24,279 bases of DNA from Campylobacterota bacterium (GTDB lineage: Bacteria > Campylobacterota > Campylobacteria > Campylobacterales > Sulfurimonadaceae), in contig JAYEKO010000012.1 of assembly GCA_034661055.1 (NCBI GenBank), positions 1 through 24,279 on the forward strand. Reading direction: 5' to 3'. A program made the position numbers and the translations under genes. The notes under the pieces are model-generated. The model was not told the origin of the DNA, made no database searches, and was given only the letters and a program-made list of their open reading frames with translations. Positions 15,709 to 24,279 of the stretch are shown piece after piece (the first letter of the stretch is position 1; each line of letters begins with the position of its first letter).

Positions 15709-17439
15709 ATGCAAAAACAAGAGGTTAAATTAAATAAACGTGAACGATACAAAGCTCGTCTGCGTCCATATGACTACTTTAAAGAGTTTGAGACACTTGA
15801 CTTTGAAAATTTAGGAGAGGGAGACCGCTTCTATCTTCAAGATTTTGGTATTTTCAACACCGATTTTCTAGAAGATGAGTTTACCATGAGACTTCGTATT
15901 CCAGCAGGAAGACTTAGTAGTGAACAGTTTTCCTATATTGCAAAGATTGTAAAACAGTATAACCTCACAGTGATTCTTACAGCTAGAGGCGGCATCCAGC
16001 TTCATGAACTTGAATACGACAACGTCTTTGAAATCTATAAGCACTTTAATGAACTTGGACTAACGACCTGGCAGAGTTTTGGTGATAATATTAGAAATAT
16101 TGTCAGTGATGTCTATGATGGAGTCGGAAAATATAGTGAGGTAGAAGTCTATCCACTCGTTATCCAGATGCAAGAACATATCTTAAAAAACCCTCGATAT
16201 GTTGGAATGCTACCACGACGTGTCTCTGTCGGTATCTCTGGAAATCGTGCTAATGTCACATCATTTTTTGCCAATGACCTCTATTTTGCACTAGCACAAA
16301 AAGATAGTATGCTAGGCTTTAATGTCTATATGGGTGGTAAAAATACGGAAGTAGCCCAAGATGCTGACATTTTTTTACTTCCAGATGAAGTCGTTGACTT
16401 TTTTAAGGCCTTTGTCGAAGCATTTTACCTGCACGGCTCACGCTCTACCCGTGCCAAAACCCGTCTGTTTTATCTTATTGAAGATATTGGAATGAATGGC
16501 GTTAAGGCTCATATTCAAAAAGAGTATGACAAAGAATTTCAAAGTGCAGCGACACTACTGCTAGAGATTAAAGAGTTTTCTGAACATGAGGTACTAAAAG
16601 ATGGTACCTATGCATTTTGTTATCAGACAGACTTTGCAAAACTTCAGAGTGATGAGATGCAAAAAATTGCTCAATACGCATCAGAACATGATGCAGAAAT
16701 TCGTCTTGGAATTGATCAAAATATTTACATCATCGGCCTCAATGATGACAAGACCCCATTTGCATCTCCTAAAGAGAGTTCAACTGTCGTTGCCTGTGCA
16801 GGAAATCTCTGTCCATACTCTTTTTGGAACATCAAAAATGAAACCTCTTATCTACCTCTATCTCAGATTCATAAGCACGCCATTCAAGTTGGTTTTTCTG
16901 GATGTGCCAAAGGATGTGGACGACATAGGCACACCGACATTGGACTTATTGGTCTAAAAACCAATAGCTTTGGGGACACTGAAGGTGGCGCAAGAGTCTT
17001 TATTGGTGCAGAACATTCTGACGGCGGTTGTGTTGCAAGACAACTCTTTACTATGGTTCCGCTCATCAATCTAAACGAAGTTCTAAGCCTTCTCATTACC
17101 ATTTTCCACAAGAGTGGTCATCACTCTTTTGAAGATTTTTCACGACATGTTCTTAACAAATTCTCAGAAAACTTTTTAGCCATGTGGATTTTAGCAAATT
17201 TACAGTCATCTCAAGCTCTTGCACTTGACCCAAACGATACAGTAGCGTTGGACGCTCAAGAGAGTTTTCAAGTTGAAAAAGCACTACTTCACAAACATTT
17301 TTCATCATTAGAGTTTTTAAAACTCATTGATGATAGTTTTTTAAATGCCATCACTATTACATGTAAAACGCTATGGACGGTTGAGGGCGATGACCCCAAT
17401 GCACTGCTCCCAAAAGAGAAACTACAGTGGGAACTCTAA
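15709..17439 (+). CDS. Siroheme/[4Fe-4S] nitrite/sulfite reductase (NirA/CysI family)
   Basis: MRLRIPAG, TARGGIQL, DNIRNI, LPRR, RAKTRL, and Cys ligands ACAGNLC and SGCAKGC followed by DIGLIG. ATG 15709 has RBS GGAG. The substrate cannot be determined from sequence. Confidence 0.88.
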   Translation: MQKQEVKLNKRERYKARLRPYDYFKEFETLDFENLGEGDRFYLQDFGIFNTDFLEDEFTMRLRIPAGRLSSEQFSYIAKIVKQYNLTVILTARGGIQLHELEYDNVFEIYKHFNELGLTTWQSFGDNIRNIVSDVYDGVGKYSEVEVYPLVIQMQEHILKNPRYVGMLPRRVSVGISGNRANVTSFFANDLYFALAQKDSMLGFNVYMGGKNTEVAQDADIFLLPDEVVDFFKAFVEAFYLHGSRSTRAKTRLFYLIEDIGMNGVKAHIQKEYDKEFQSAATLLLEIKEFSEHEVLKDGTYAFCYQTDFAKLQSDEMQKIAQYASEHDAEIRLGIDQNIYIIGLNDDKTPFASPKESSTVVACAGNLCPYSFWNIKNETSYLPLSQIHKHAIQVGFSGCAKGCGRHRHTDIGLIGLKTNSFGDTEGGARVFIGAEHSDGGCVARQLFTMVPLINLNEVLSLLITIFHKSGHHSFEDFSRHVLNKFSENFLAMWILANLQSSQALALDPNDTVALDAQESFQVEKALLHKHFSSLEFLKLIDDSFLNAITITCKTLWTVEGDDPNALLPKEKLQWEL

Positions 17440-17470
17440 ACATTACATGAAAAAATTTAAAGGTACTCAA

Positions 17471-20400
17471 ATGGTTCAACTCTACTCTTTCATAGTGATT
17501 TTTTTTCTATTTTTAGGATGCTCATCAGACACCACGATGACAAAAAAAAATCTACCTTTAGCTCTTAAAACATCTGTTGGAGCCGTTACACCAAGTGGAA
17601 TTGACGTTTCTGTGCACTCTAACGATATTGTATTTCAATTTCAAGATAATGTAGTACCCTTAGGTAGCATGGATCGAAAACATAAAGATATCGCCATAAA
17701 TATCACACCTTCTGTACCATGTAACTGGAGGTGGATAAGTAGATCTACGCTCTCATGTAAATTACCACAGAAGGTAGATTTAAAACCTGCTACAGCCTAT
17801 AGAGTTGTTGTCAACAAGAGTGTCTCTCACGTAGATAATTTTTATATTGAGCATCCATATGAGCATCATTTCAGTACAGAGCTACCTACAGTAAAGCACA
17901 GTAATTTTGTAACATGGACAGCGCCAGATATTCCATATATTAAACTCTACTGCAACACACCAGTTACTAGAGCATCACTTAAAAAAAGTGTTAAATTCTC
18001 TGTAGAAGATGCAGCACCTATTGCCATCTCAATCATTAAAGAAGAGCAGAATGTAGGACAAAACAGCTCTTACTCAAGCTACACAATAGATAAAAACACC
18101 TACAATGACGCAAAAAAAGAGTGGATAATTGCCCCACAAAGCAATATTGGGTTAAATAAAAAAGCAAAAATAATTGTGGAGAGTGGGCTCTCTTCACCAC
18201 TTGGACCACTTAAAGGTAAAGCGGAACTCCTAAAAGAGATACATACATTTCCAGAGTTCCGATATTTAGGCACAAAATGTTATATTAATAGAAACACAGG
18301 TAAGTGTGACCCCTTAAGAAGAGTTGGCTTACAGTTCTCCTCCCCTGTTCTTGTCTCAGCATTACAGGAGTCCTTAAAACTCTCTCCAAAACTTAATAAT
18401 GGTCTAAAAGATTTTGATCCATGGGCAAATAGACAGGACTACAGCCAACTGTCATGGTCACATAGAAAAGATGCTACCTATACAGTATGGCTTCCAAATC
18501 AGCTACAAGCTTTTACGGAGTACTCCGTAGCAATCGATTCAGCTGATATTAAAGATGAATTTTCTAGAAGACTTAAATCTGATGTCAATGACTCTATTGT
18601 AACAGACCATAGAACACCACGACTGACAATACCTTATAGCCGTGTTGTCTTAGAGAAAGAGGTTGATAGTGCCATTGCTCTTTATGCCACTAACCTTGAT
18701 GATATTACCATTAACTATACTGCACTGTTTGCAAACAAAACCTTCAAAAAATCAGCATCAGCCATTGCAGTGAAAGAGTTAGAAGATATCTCATATAAAA
18801 CAAAAATAGGTACTAGAGCGCTACTAAACAACCGCTCTGGTGTTATGTATGGCAATATTTCAACATCAAGCATATTTAAAGACTACAAACGATACCTTTT
18901 TGCTCAAGTTACACCTTTTGCAGTACATGCCAAGATAGGACACTTTAACTCACTAATATGGGTCACCGACTTTGCAAAAGCCAATGCTGTTGCCAATGCC
19001 AAAGTAAGACTCTTAAGTGGCTATTTTGACAAAATCGATGAGCTCAAAGAGCTTCCATTTCATGGAGTAACAGATTCTAATGGTCTTGTGAAACTAGCAG
19101 GAACACAGGAGATTGATAAAAAATTAAATAATTTAGGATGGCTATCACGTAAAGATAAGCGATTTTTCCTAAAAGTTGAAAAAAATGACAATATTGCGCT
19201 ACTTCCTCTAGACTACAGTTTTGAAATTTCAAGTTATGGCACTTATTCATCTATGCGGCAATATGGACAACATTCAAAAGCATGGGGAACAACAGCGCAA
19301 GGTGTCTATAAAGTCGGTGATAAAGTAGAGTATAAAATCTACGTTAGAGATCAGAACAATACAACACTAATTCATCCTAACAAGCATCACTTCTCATTGC
19401 ATGTCTTTGACCCCCTTAGTAAACTTGTCTATGAAAACAGAAATTTTCAACTCAATGAATACGGAAGCAGCAGTGGCTCTTTTACCCTGCCAAAAACAGC
19501 TGCTGTAGGTAAGTATGAGTTCTTTTTAGAACACAACCAAACAGTTGATGCTAAGACATTTAATTATTCATGGTCGCCTATGAGCATTGTAGTAAGTGAT
19601 TTTACACCCCCTCCATTTGCTGTCAATGTCAATTTAAATGGCAACACCTTTAAAATGAATGACTCTGTAGAGATAACAGCAGATGCTGCTATGCATTCAG
19701 GAGGACCTTACAACAATGCCGAAGTTCGTCTAACTGCACATCTTTTTGAAAAACAGTTTCATAGCACTCATCCTCTGGCTAAAGAGTTCACATTTTCTGC
19801 AGATACTCAAAAAAAGTTAGAGATATTAAATATTAAAGAGCAACTAAACGCTAAAGGAGCTGTTACAAAAGAGCTGCTTCTCAACGACACAGATATCTAC
19901 TATGGAGAACTTTTTGTTGAGGCTTCTGTCAAAGATGAGCGAGGTAAATATGTCTCATCAAACACTAAAGCAGCATATCTAAAGCTTAATAAATTTGTAG
20001 GGCTTAAAGAGAGACAGTGGGTCTATAAAAAAGACGATGCTTCCATTGTAGATGTCATTGTAGTAGATGAAAAAGGGATTCCATCAGCAGGAACTGATAT
20101 TACCGTAGATGTTGAATATCTTGAAGAAAAGGCATCTCGAGTCAAGGGGTCTGGTAATGCATTCGTAACAGTTAATTCATCCAAATGGATTAAAGAGAGC
20201 TCTTGTTCTTTAACTTCTACAGACGACTTAGTTGCATGTCAGTTTACTCCAAAACATGTTGGAAGCTATAGATTTATTGCAACCATTAAAGGCAGAAATG
20301 AGAAGCTACACAAATCAACACTCTACTCTTGGGTTAGCGGCTATGGGTCTATTGTTTGGAACTCAACAAATGATTCAACACTTAAGATTATTCCTCAAGG

Positions 20401-23209
20401 TAGTAATTATGCACTAGGTCAGACTGCAAAATATCTTGTTAAAAACCCTTTCCCTGGAGCAACAGCACTCGTTACTGTAGAGCGATACGGAATATTGGAT
20501 TCTTGGGTGCAGACACTAGAGACTAGTACACCTATTATTGAACTACCCATTACCCATAAACATCTTCCAGGGTACTATTTAAGTGTTACAGTCATATCAC
20601 CTCGCGTTGCTAAGCCTCTAGGTAATGGCATTGTTGATCTGGGTAAACCTAGCTACAAAATGGGTTATGTTAAGACCATGGTAAAAGATGACTATAAAGT
20701 TTTAGAGTTAGATGTTACAGCAGATAAGAGCGTCTATGCACCACAAGATGAAGCCACTATTAAAATACATGTAAATCAAAAACCTTTAGATACAAATGCC
20801 ACCTACGAACTTGCCGTTGTTGTTATTGATGATTCTGTATTGGCACTAAATAAAATGGGAAGACGTTATTATGACCCTTATGCCGGTTTTAATGCCTTAG
20901 ATACACTCGATGTTACCAACTTTAGTTTAATCAGTCGTTTAGTAGGTCGACAGAAGTTTGAGAAAAAAGGTGCCAACCAAGGAGGTGATGGAGGAGAGAG
21001 TACAGCGTTATCTAACCTACGAGATGACTTCAAATATGTAGCATACTGGAACCCTCATATTCTAGCCGACAGTAGTGGAGATGCCGAGTTTACATTTACA
21101 TTGCCTGATAATCTAACTGGATGGAGTGCCATTGTAATGGCCGTCTCAAAAGATGACCTTATGGGAACTGGAACTGCCAAATTTAAAACAAACATGGCGA
21201 CAGAAATCAGACCAATAATGCCTAACCAAGTTCTACTTGGAGATACTTTTAGTGCCGGTTTTAACATTATGAACCGAACCGATAAAACTCGCAATATTAC
21301 GGTTAGCATTGAAGCTAAAAATAAAAATAAAAATGTAGCCACTAGAAACTTCATATTGGAACTCGATGCGTATGCAAGAAAAAATATTTTTATGCCTGTC
21401 AGCGCAGACAATGATGGTATTATTTCATTTAACGTAACCGCTAAAGACAGTAATGGTCAAGATAGAATACGTCACGACCTCATCGTTAATAAACGCATCT
21501 CACTTGAGACGATGTCAAACTTTGGTTCTACCTTGGATGCCAACATATCTGAGGCCATACAGGTTCCAAAGAACATCACTGCTAATGCAGGAGAAGTTGG
21601 TGCACTACTCTCTACAAGTGTCATAGCCAATGTTGATGGTGCCTTTAAATATGTCAAAGAGTACCCTTATCTATGTTGGGAACAGAGACTTACAAAAGCC
21701 GTTGCAGCTGCATATTACAATGAACTGCAAGAGTATTTATTAGATACCTTTAAATGGAATGACTCTACAACACTTCTACAGAAGATGATTAATGACTCCT
21801 ACGCATTTCAAGCTCCCAATGGCGGTATGGCATTTTGGAAAGGCTCAAACAATTATGTTAGTCCTTATTTATCTGCCTACACTGCTTTAGAGTTTGCTTG
21901 GTTAAAAGAGCATAACTACCAAATTCCGTATGCTGTTGAGACAAAGCTAAAAGAGTACCTTGACACCATACTGCATCACAACAGTTTTCCATCATACTTC
22001 TCAACATCAATGAGTTCGACAGTTCGTGCCGTAGCACTCAATGCACTCTCAAAATCTGATGCCATTAACAGAGATGATATTACTCGTTTCTACAGACACT
22101 ATAAAGAGATGAGCCTCTTTGGAAAAGCTCACTATCTACAAGCAATGCTTAACATCAACACCATAGAGCCGACTATGAAAAAAGAGTTGCTAGACTCCAT
22201 ACTTTCTACATCAACACAAAGCGCAGGAAAAATTCAGTTCAATGAGACCTACGACAGTGGTTCATCCTACCTTCTAGCCACTCCAATGCGAACCAACTGT
22301 GCCATACTTAGCACTATTTTAAGTGCTGAAAAAGATGATGATTTACAGAGCAAGGCTAAAGGGATTGCACCAAAAATAGTTCGAGCAATTACACAGACAC
22401 GAGGCAAAAAAGATCATTGGGAAAATACTCAAGAAAATAGCTTCTGTATGAAAGCACTTGCAGATTATGCCAACACATATGAAACGCAACCCGTCTCAAT
22501 GGATGTAACAGTGAGCTATAATCAACAGGAGATAGGCAGCGCCACATTTACTTCTAAAAAAGAGTCCAAAGCACTCTTTACCCAGCTAAAATCCAAAGAT
22601 ATTAGTAAAACAACAACACTCAATATTAATAAAACAGGAGAAGGTAGACTTTACTATATCTCCAAAATTTCTTATGCACCTAGCGAGGCATCGGTACAAC
22701 GTGTAAATTCAGGAATTGATGTAAGAAGAGAGTACACTGTCCAGAGAAACGGAGAGTTTAAAATTTTAAACTCTCCGATGCAGATCAAGCAAGGAGATAT
22801 TGCTAGAGTCGACCTCTTTGTTTCATTACCAACAGCAAGACATTTTGTAGTAGTCAATGATCCGGTTCCAGGTGGACTAGAGCCAATTAACAGTGACTTG
22901 GCTATCTCATCAGTAATAGATGCTCAAAAAGGTACATTTAAAGCAGCAAAAGAGTCTTGGTGGTTTAACTTCTCTGACTGGTCCTCATATGGAAGATATA
23001 ACTGGAGCTTTTATCATAAAGAGTTACGGCATGATAGTGCTAGATTTTATTCCGATTATCTACCTGCTGGAAACTATTATCTAAGCTATACTGCACAAGC
23101 AATTGCAAGTGGTAAATTTACTGTTATGCCTACTCACGCCCAAGAGATGTATGATTCTGATGTGTATGGAAAAAGCCTACCTAGCATACTTAATGTCACT
23201 AAGAAATAG
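17471..23209 (+). CDS. Bacterial alpha-2-macroglobulin family lipoprotein (YfhM-type)
   Basis: Lipobox FLGC after ATG 17471 (RBS AAGGT); LRDDF..VAYWNP, LPDNLT.W, thioester YPYLCWEQ (CWEQ at 21674-21685), FQAPNGG..FW, DPVPGGLEP, ELRHD, A.EMY; followed by pbpC. Confidence 0.94.
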   Translation: MVQLYSFIVIFFLFLGCSSDTTMTKKNLPLALKTSVGAVTPSGIDVSVHSNDIVFQFQDNVVPLGSMDRKHKDIAINITPSVPCNWRWISRSTLSCKLPQKVDLKPATAYRVVVNKSVSHVDNFYIEHPYEHHFSTELPTVKHSNFVTWTAPDIPYIKLYCNTPVTRASLKKSVKFSVEDAAPIAISIIKEEQNVGQNSSYSSYTIDKNTYNDAKKEWIIAPQSNIGLNKKAKIIVESGLSSPLGPLKGKAELLKEIHTFPEFRYLGTKCYINRNTGKCDPLRRVGLQFSSPVLVSALQESLKLSPKLNNGLKDFDPWANRQDYSQLSWSHRKDATYTVWLPNQLQAFTEYSVAIDSADIKDEFSRRLKSDVNDSIVTDHRTPRLTIPYSRVVLEKEVDSAIALYATNLDDITINYTALFANKTFKKSASAIAVKELEDISYKTKIGTRALLNNRSGVMYGNISTSSIFKDYKRYLFAQVTPFAVHAKIGHFNSLIWVTDFAKANAVANAKVRLLSGYFDKIDELKELPFHGVTDSNGLVKLAGTQEIDKKLNNLGWLSRKDKRFFLKVEKNDNIALLPLDYSFEISSYGTYSSMRQYGQHSKAWGTTAQGVYKVGDKVEYKIYVRDQNNTTLIHPNKHHFSLHVFDPLSKLVYENRNFQLNEYGSSSGSFTLPKTAAVGKYEFFLEHNQTVDAKTFNYSWSPMSIVVSDFTPPPFAVNVNLNGNTFKMNDSVEITADAAMHSGGPYNNAEVRLTAHLFEKQFHSTHPLAKEFTFSADTQKKLEILNIKEQLNAKGAVTKELLLNDTDIYYGELFVEASVKDERGKYVSSNTKAAYLKLNKFVGLKERQWVYKKDDASIVDVIVVDEKGIPSAGTDITVDVEYLEEKASRVKGSGNAFVTVNSSKWIKESSCSLTSTDDLVACQFTPKHVGSYRFIATIKGRNEKLHKSTLYSWVSGYGSIVWNSTNDSTLKIIPQGSNYALGQTAKYLVKNPFPGATALVTVERYGILDSWVQTLETSTPIIELPITHKHLPGYYLSVTVISPRVAKPLGNGIVDLGKPSYKMGYVKTMVKDDYKVLELDVTADKSVYAPQDEATIKIHVNQKPLDTNATYELAVVVIDDSVLALNKMGRRYYDPYAGFNALDTLDVTNFSLISRLVGRQKFEKKGANQGGDGGESTALSNLRDDFKYVAYWNPHILADSSGDAEFTFTLPDNLTGWSAIVMAVSKDDLMGTGTAKFKTNMATEIRPIMPNQVLLGDTFSAGFNIMNRTDKTRNITVSIEAKNKNKNVATRNFILELDAYARKNIFMPVSADNDGIISFNVTAKDSNGQDRIRHDLIVNKRISLETMSNFGSTLDANISEAIQVPKNITANAGEVGALLSTSVIANVDGAFKYVKEYPYLCWEQRLTKAVAAAYYNELQEYLLDTFKWNDSTTLLQKMINDSYAFQAPNGGMAFWKGSNNYVSPYLSAYTALEFAWLKEHNYQIPYAVETKLKEYLDTILHHNSFPSYFSTSMSSTVRAVALNALSKSDAINRDDITRFYRHYKEMSLFGKAHYLQAMLNINTIEPTMKKELLDSILSTSTQSAGKIQFNETYDSGSSYLLATPMRTNCAILSTILSAEKDDDLQSKAKGIAPKIVRAITQTRGKKDHWENTQENSFCMKALADYANTYETQPVSMDVTVSYNQQEIGSATFTSKKESKALFTQLKSKDISKTTTLNINKTGEGRLYYISKISYAPSEASVQRVNSGIDVRREYTVQRNGEFKILNSPMQIKQGDIARVDLFVSLPTARHFVVVNDPVPGGLEPINSDLAISSVIDAQKGTFKAAKESWWFNFSDWSSYGRYNWSFYHKELRHDSARFYSDYLPAGNYYLSYTAQAIASGKFTVMPTHAQEMYDSDVYGKSLPSILNVTKK

Positions 23210-23210
23210 T

Positions 23211-24188
23211 ATGCTAAAAATAGCAGTCACTGTTACATTTTTGTTAATAGCGACTGTACTTACCTTAAGTACATACAACTCCATGCAAAAAGTTCCTAGT
23301 GACCTTTCTAGTCTATTTATAATTCAAAAGAAGCACTCTTTTTTAGATAGAAACGGTGTGTCACTTAACACCACCTATTCCAACCGATGGAACACTATAG
23401 ACACCCTTGAACTCTATGAACTGCCAGAGCTATTTTTAGAGGCACTACTTATTTCAGAAGATCAGAATTTTTATAATCATAATGGTGTAGATTGGCAAGC
23501 TAGACTCCATGCTCTATGGCAAAATATTAAAGCAATGAGACGTATTCGCGGAGCTAGCACTTTGTCTGAACAGGTTATTAAGATGATTCATCCAAGGCAA
23601 AGAACGCTCTATTCAAAATGGCTTGAAGGCTTTGAAGCCCAAGAGTTAGAAGAGAAAGTCTCTAAAAAGGATATTTTGACTTTTTATGTCAATCAGGTTC
23701 CTTATGCGGCAAACCGCAGAGGAGTGAAACAGGCTGCAAAATACTATTTTAATAGAGACATTTCCACATTAAGCGACAAAGAGATATTAGCCTTAGTCAT
23801 ACTTGTTCGCTCACCAAGATGGTATGATCCCGTAAAATATCCAGAAAGACTCAATGGTAAAATAGCTCAACTAGCACTGCGACTATATGAGCAACATCTA
23901 ATTAACACAATAGAACTTCAAAACATTCAAAAGAGTAAACTCTCACTATCTCAACAAAAACAAGACCTAGATGTCAGTCATTTTATTCGCTATGTCTCTT
24001 CACGACTAGCCAACAACAATAAAGAGAAACGTACCATACATACGACCTTAGATATTGATCTGCAGCAGTTCATACAAGAAGCCCTCAATACAAAAGTACT
24101 CTCATTGCAACATAAAAATGTTCATAATGCAGCGGTCATTGTTATTGATCACCTGTTTTTTTTGAAAAATATTGACCCACTTTTTTGA
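23211..24188 (+). pseudogene. pbpC: Penicillin-binding protein 1C, truncated by IS insertion after codon ~314
   Basis: Transglycosylase motifs SEDQNFYNHNGVD, RGASTLSEQ, K.DIL..Y.N..PY and the linker IHTTLD..LQ...NAAVIVID. Homology ends at 24153 and there is no SxxK transpeptidase domain. The last 11 aa (LFFLKNIDPLF) are IS-derived. Confidence 0.88.
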
Positions 24189-24203
24189 AAACTTTTGACC
24201 CGC
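24158..24203 (+). repeat. Two tandem 23-bp repeats (TTTTTTGAAAAATATTGACCCAC / TTTTTTGAAAACTTTTGACCCGC); putative transposase binding sites
   Basis: 20/23 identical. IS21-family ends characteristically carry multiple internal repeats. Confidence 0.85.
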
Positions 24204-24259
24204 CTCTGTAGTAAATAAACTACACTTCTGTTTAATAAAAATAACAGAAGGAAAGAGGA

Positions 24260-24279
24260 GTGATAAGAATGGAAGATTG
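24260..24279 (+). CDS. Start of putative IS21 transposase IstA (partial, about 6 codons)
   Basis: GTG ATA AGA ATG GAA GAT TG., with GAGGAG 8 nt before ATG 24269. MED(W) resembles IstA N-termini, but the fragment is very short. Confidence 0.5.

Larger units (their letters stand above)
24154..24279 (+). mobile_element. Left end of an IS21-family insertion sequence (partial)
   Basis: Starts with 5'-TGT exactly where pbpC homology stops. Two tandem 23-bp units with a TTGACCC core are followed by an RBS and an ORF start MIRMED(W/C). Confidence 0.8.

Noticed and set aside
17345..17470. Longer N-terminus of the alpha-2-macroglobulin ORF
   Set aside because: It overlaps the reductase. ATG 17471 has an RBS and gives a proper lipoprotein signal.
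1502..22857. Other short overlapping ORFs in the track (1502, 2739, 7823, 9135, 10958, 11347, 14769, 16601, 16884, 20232, 21055, 21472, 22672)
   Set aside because: All lie within or overlap well-supported genes, antisense or out of frame, and show no recognisable motifs.
23103..23210. Longer N-terminus of pbpC
   Set aside because: It overlaps the macroglobulin gene. ATG 23211 directly follows the stop and begins the TM anchor.
24158..24203. Repeats as a possible CRISPR array
   Set aside because: Only two adjacent units with no spacer; they fit an IS21 end.

Overview
AT-rich bacterial DNA whose gene set and order point to a sulfur-oxidising member of the Campylobacterota (Sulfurimonas/Sulfurovum-like; this is an inference). 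There are three parts. (1) 1-~2395 is the right-hand part of an uncharacterised phage/plasmid-like element that runs off the left edge. It has leftward small ORFs, a ~700-bp non-coding region packed with palindromes and hairpins (including a ~170-nt imperfect inverted repeat), and a rightward translationally coupled trio of two paralogous ~115-aa proteins plus a small membrane/coiled-coil protein, closed by a terminator. (2) 2559-17439 is housekeeping and metabolic genes: panB, ruvB, an AI-2E transporter, lgt, a secreted beta-propeller-like protein, a GlcF/GlpC-type Fe-S protein, hemN, sqr with a small partner ORF, pepN, a membrane protein, an FKBP PPIase and a nitrite/sulfite reductase. (3) 17471-24279 is an alpha-2-macroglobulin-pbpC pair in which pbpC is cut off by the left end of an IS21-family element that runs off the right edge. 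The best candidate for an undescribed system is the left-hand element. No database searches were run; family calls come from motif recognition.
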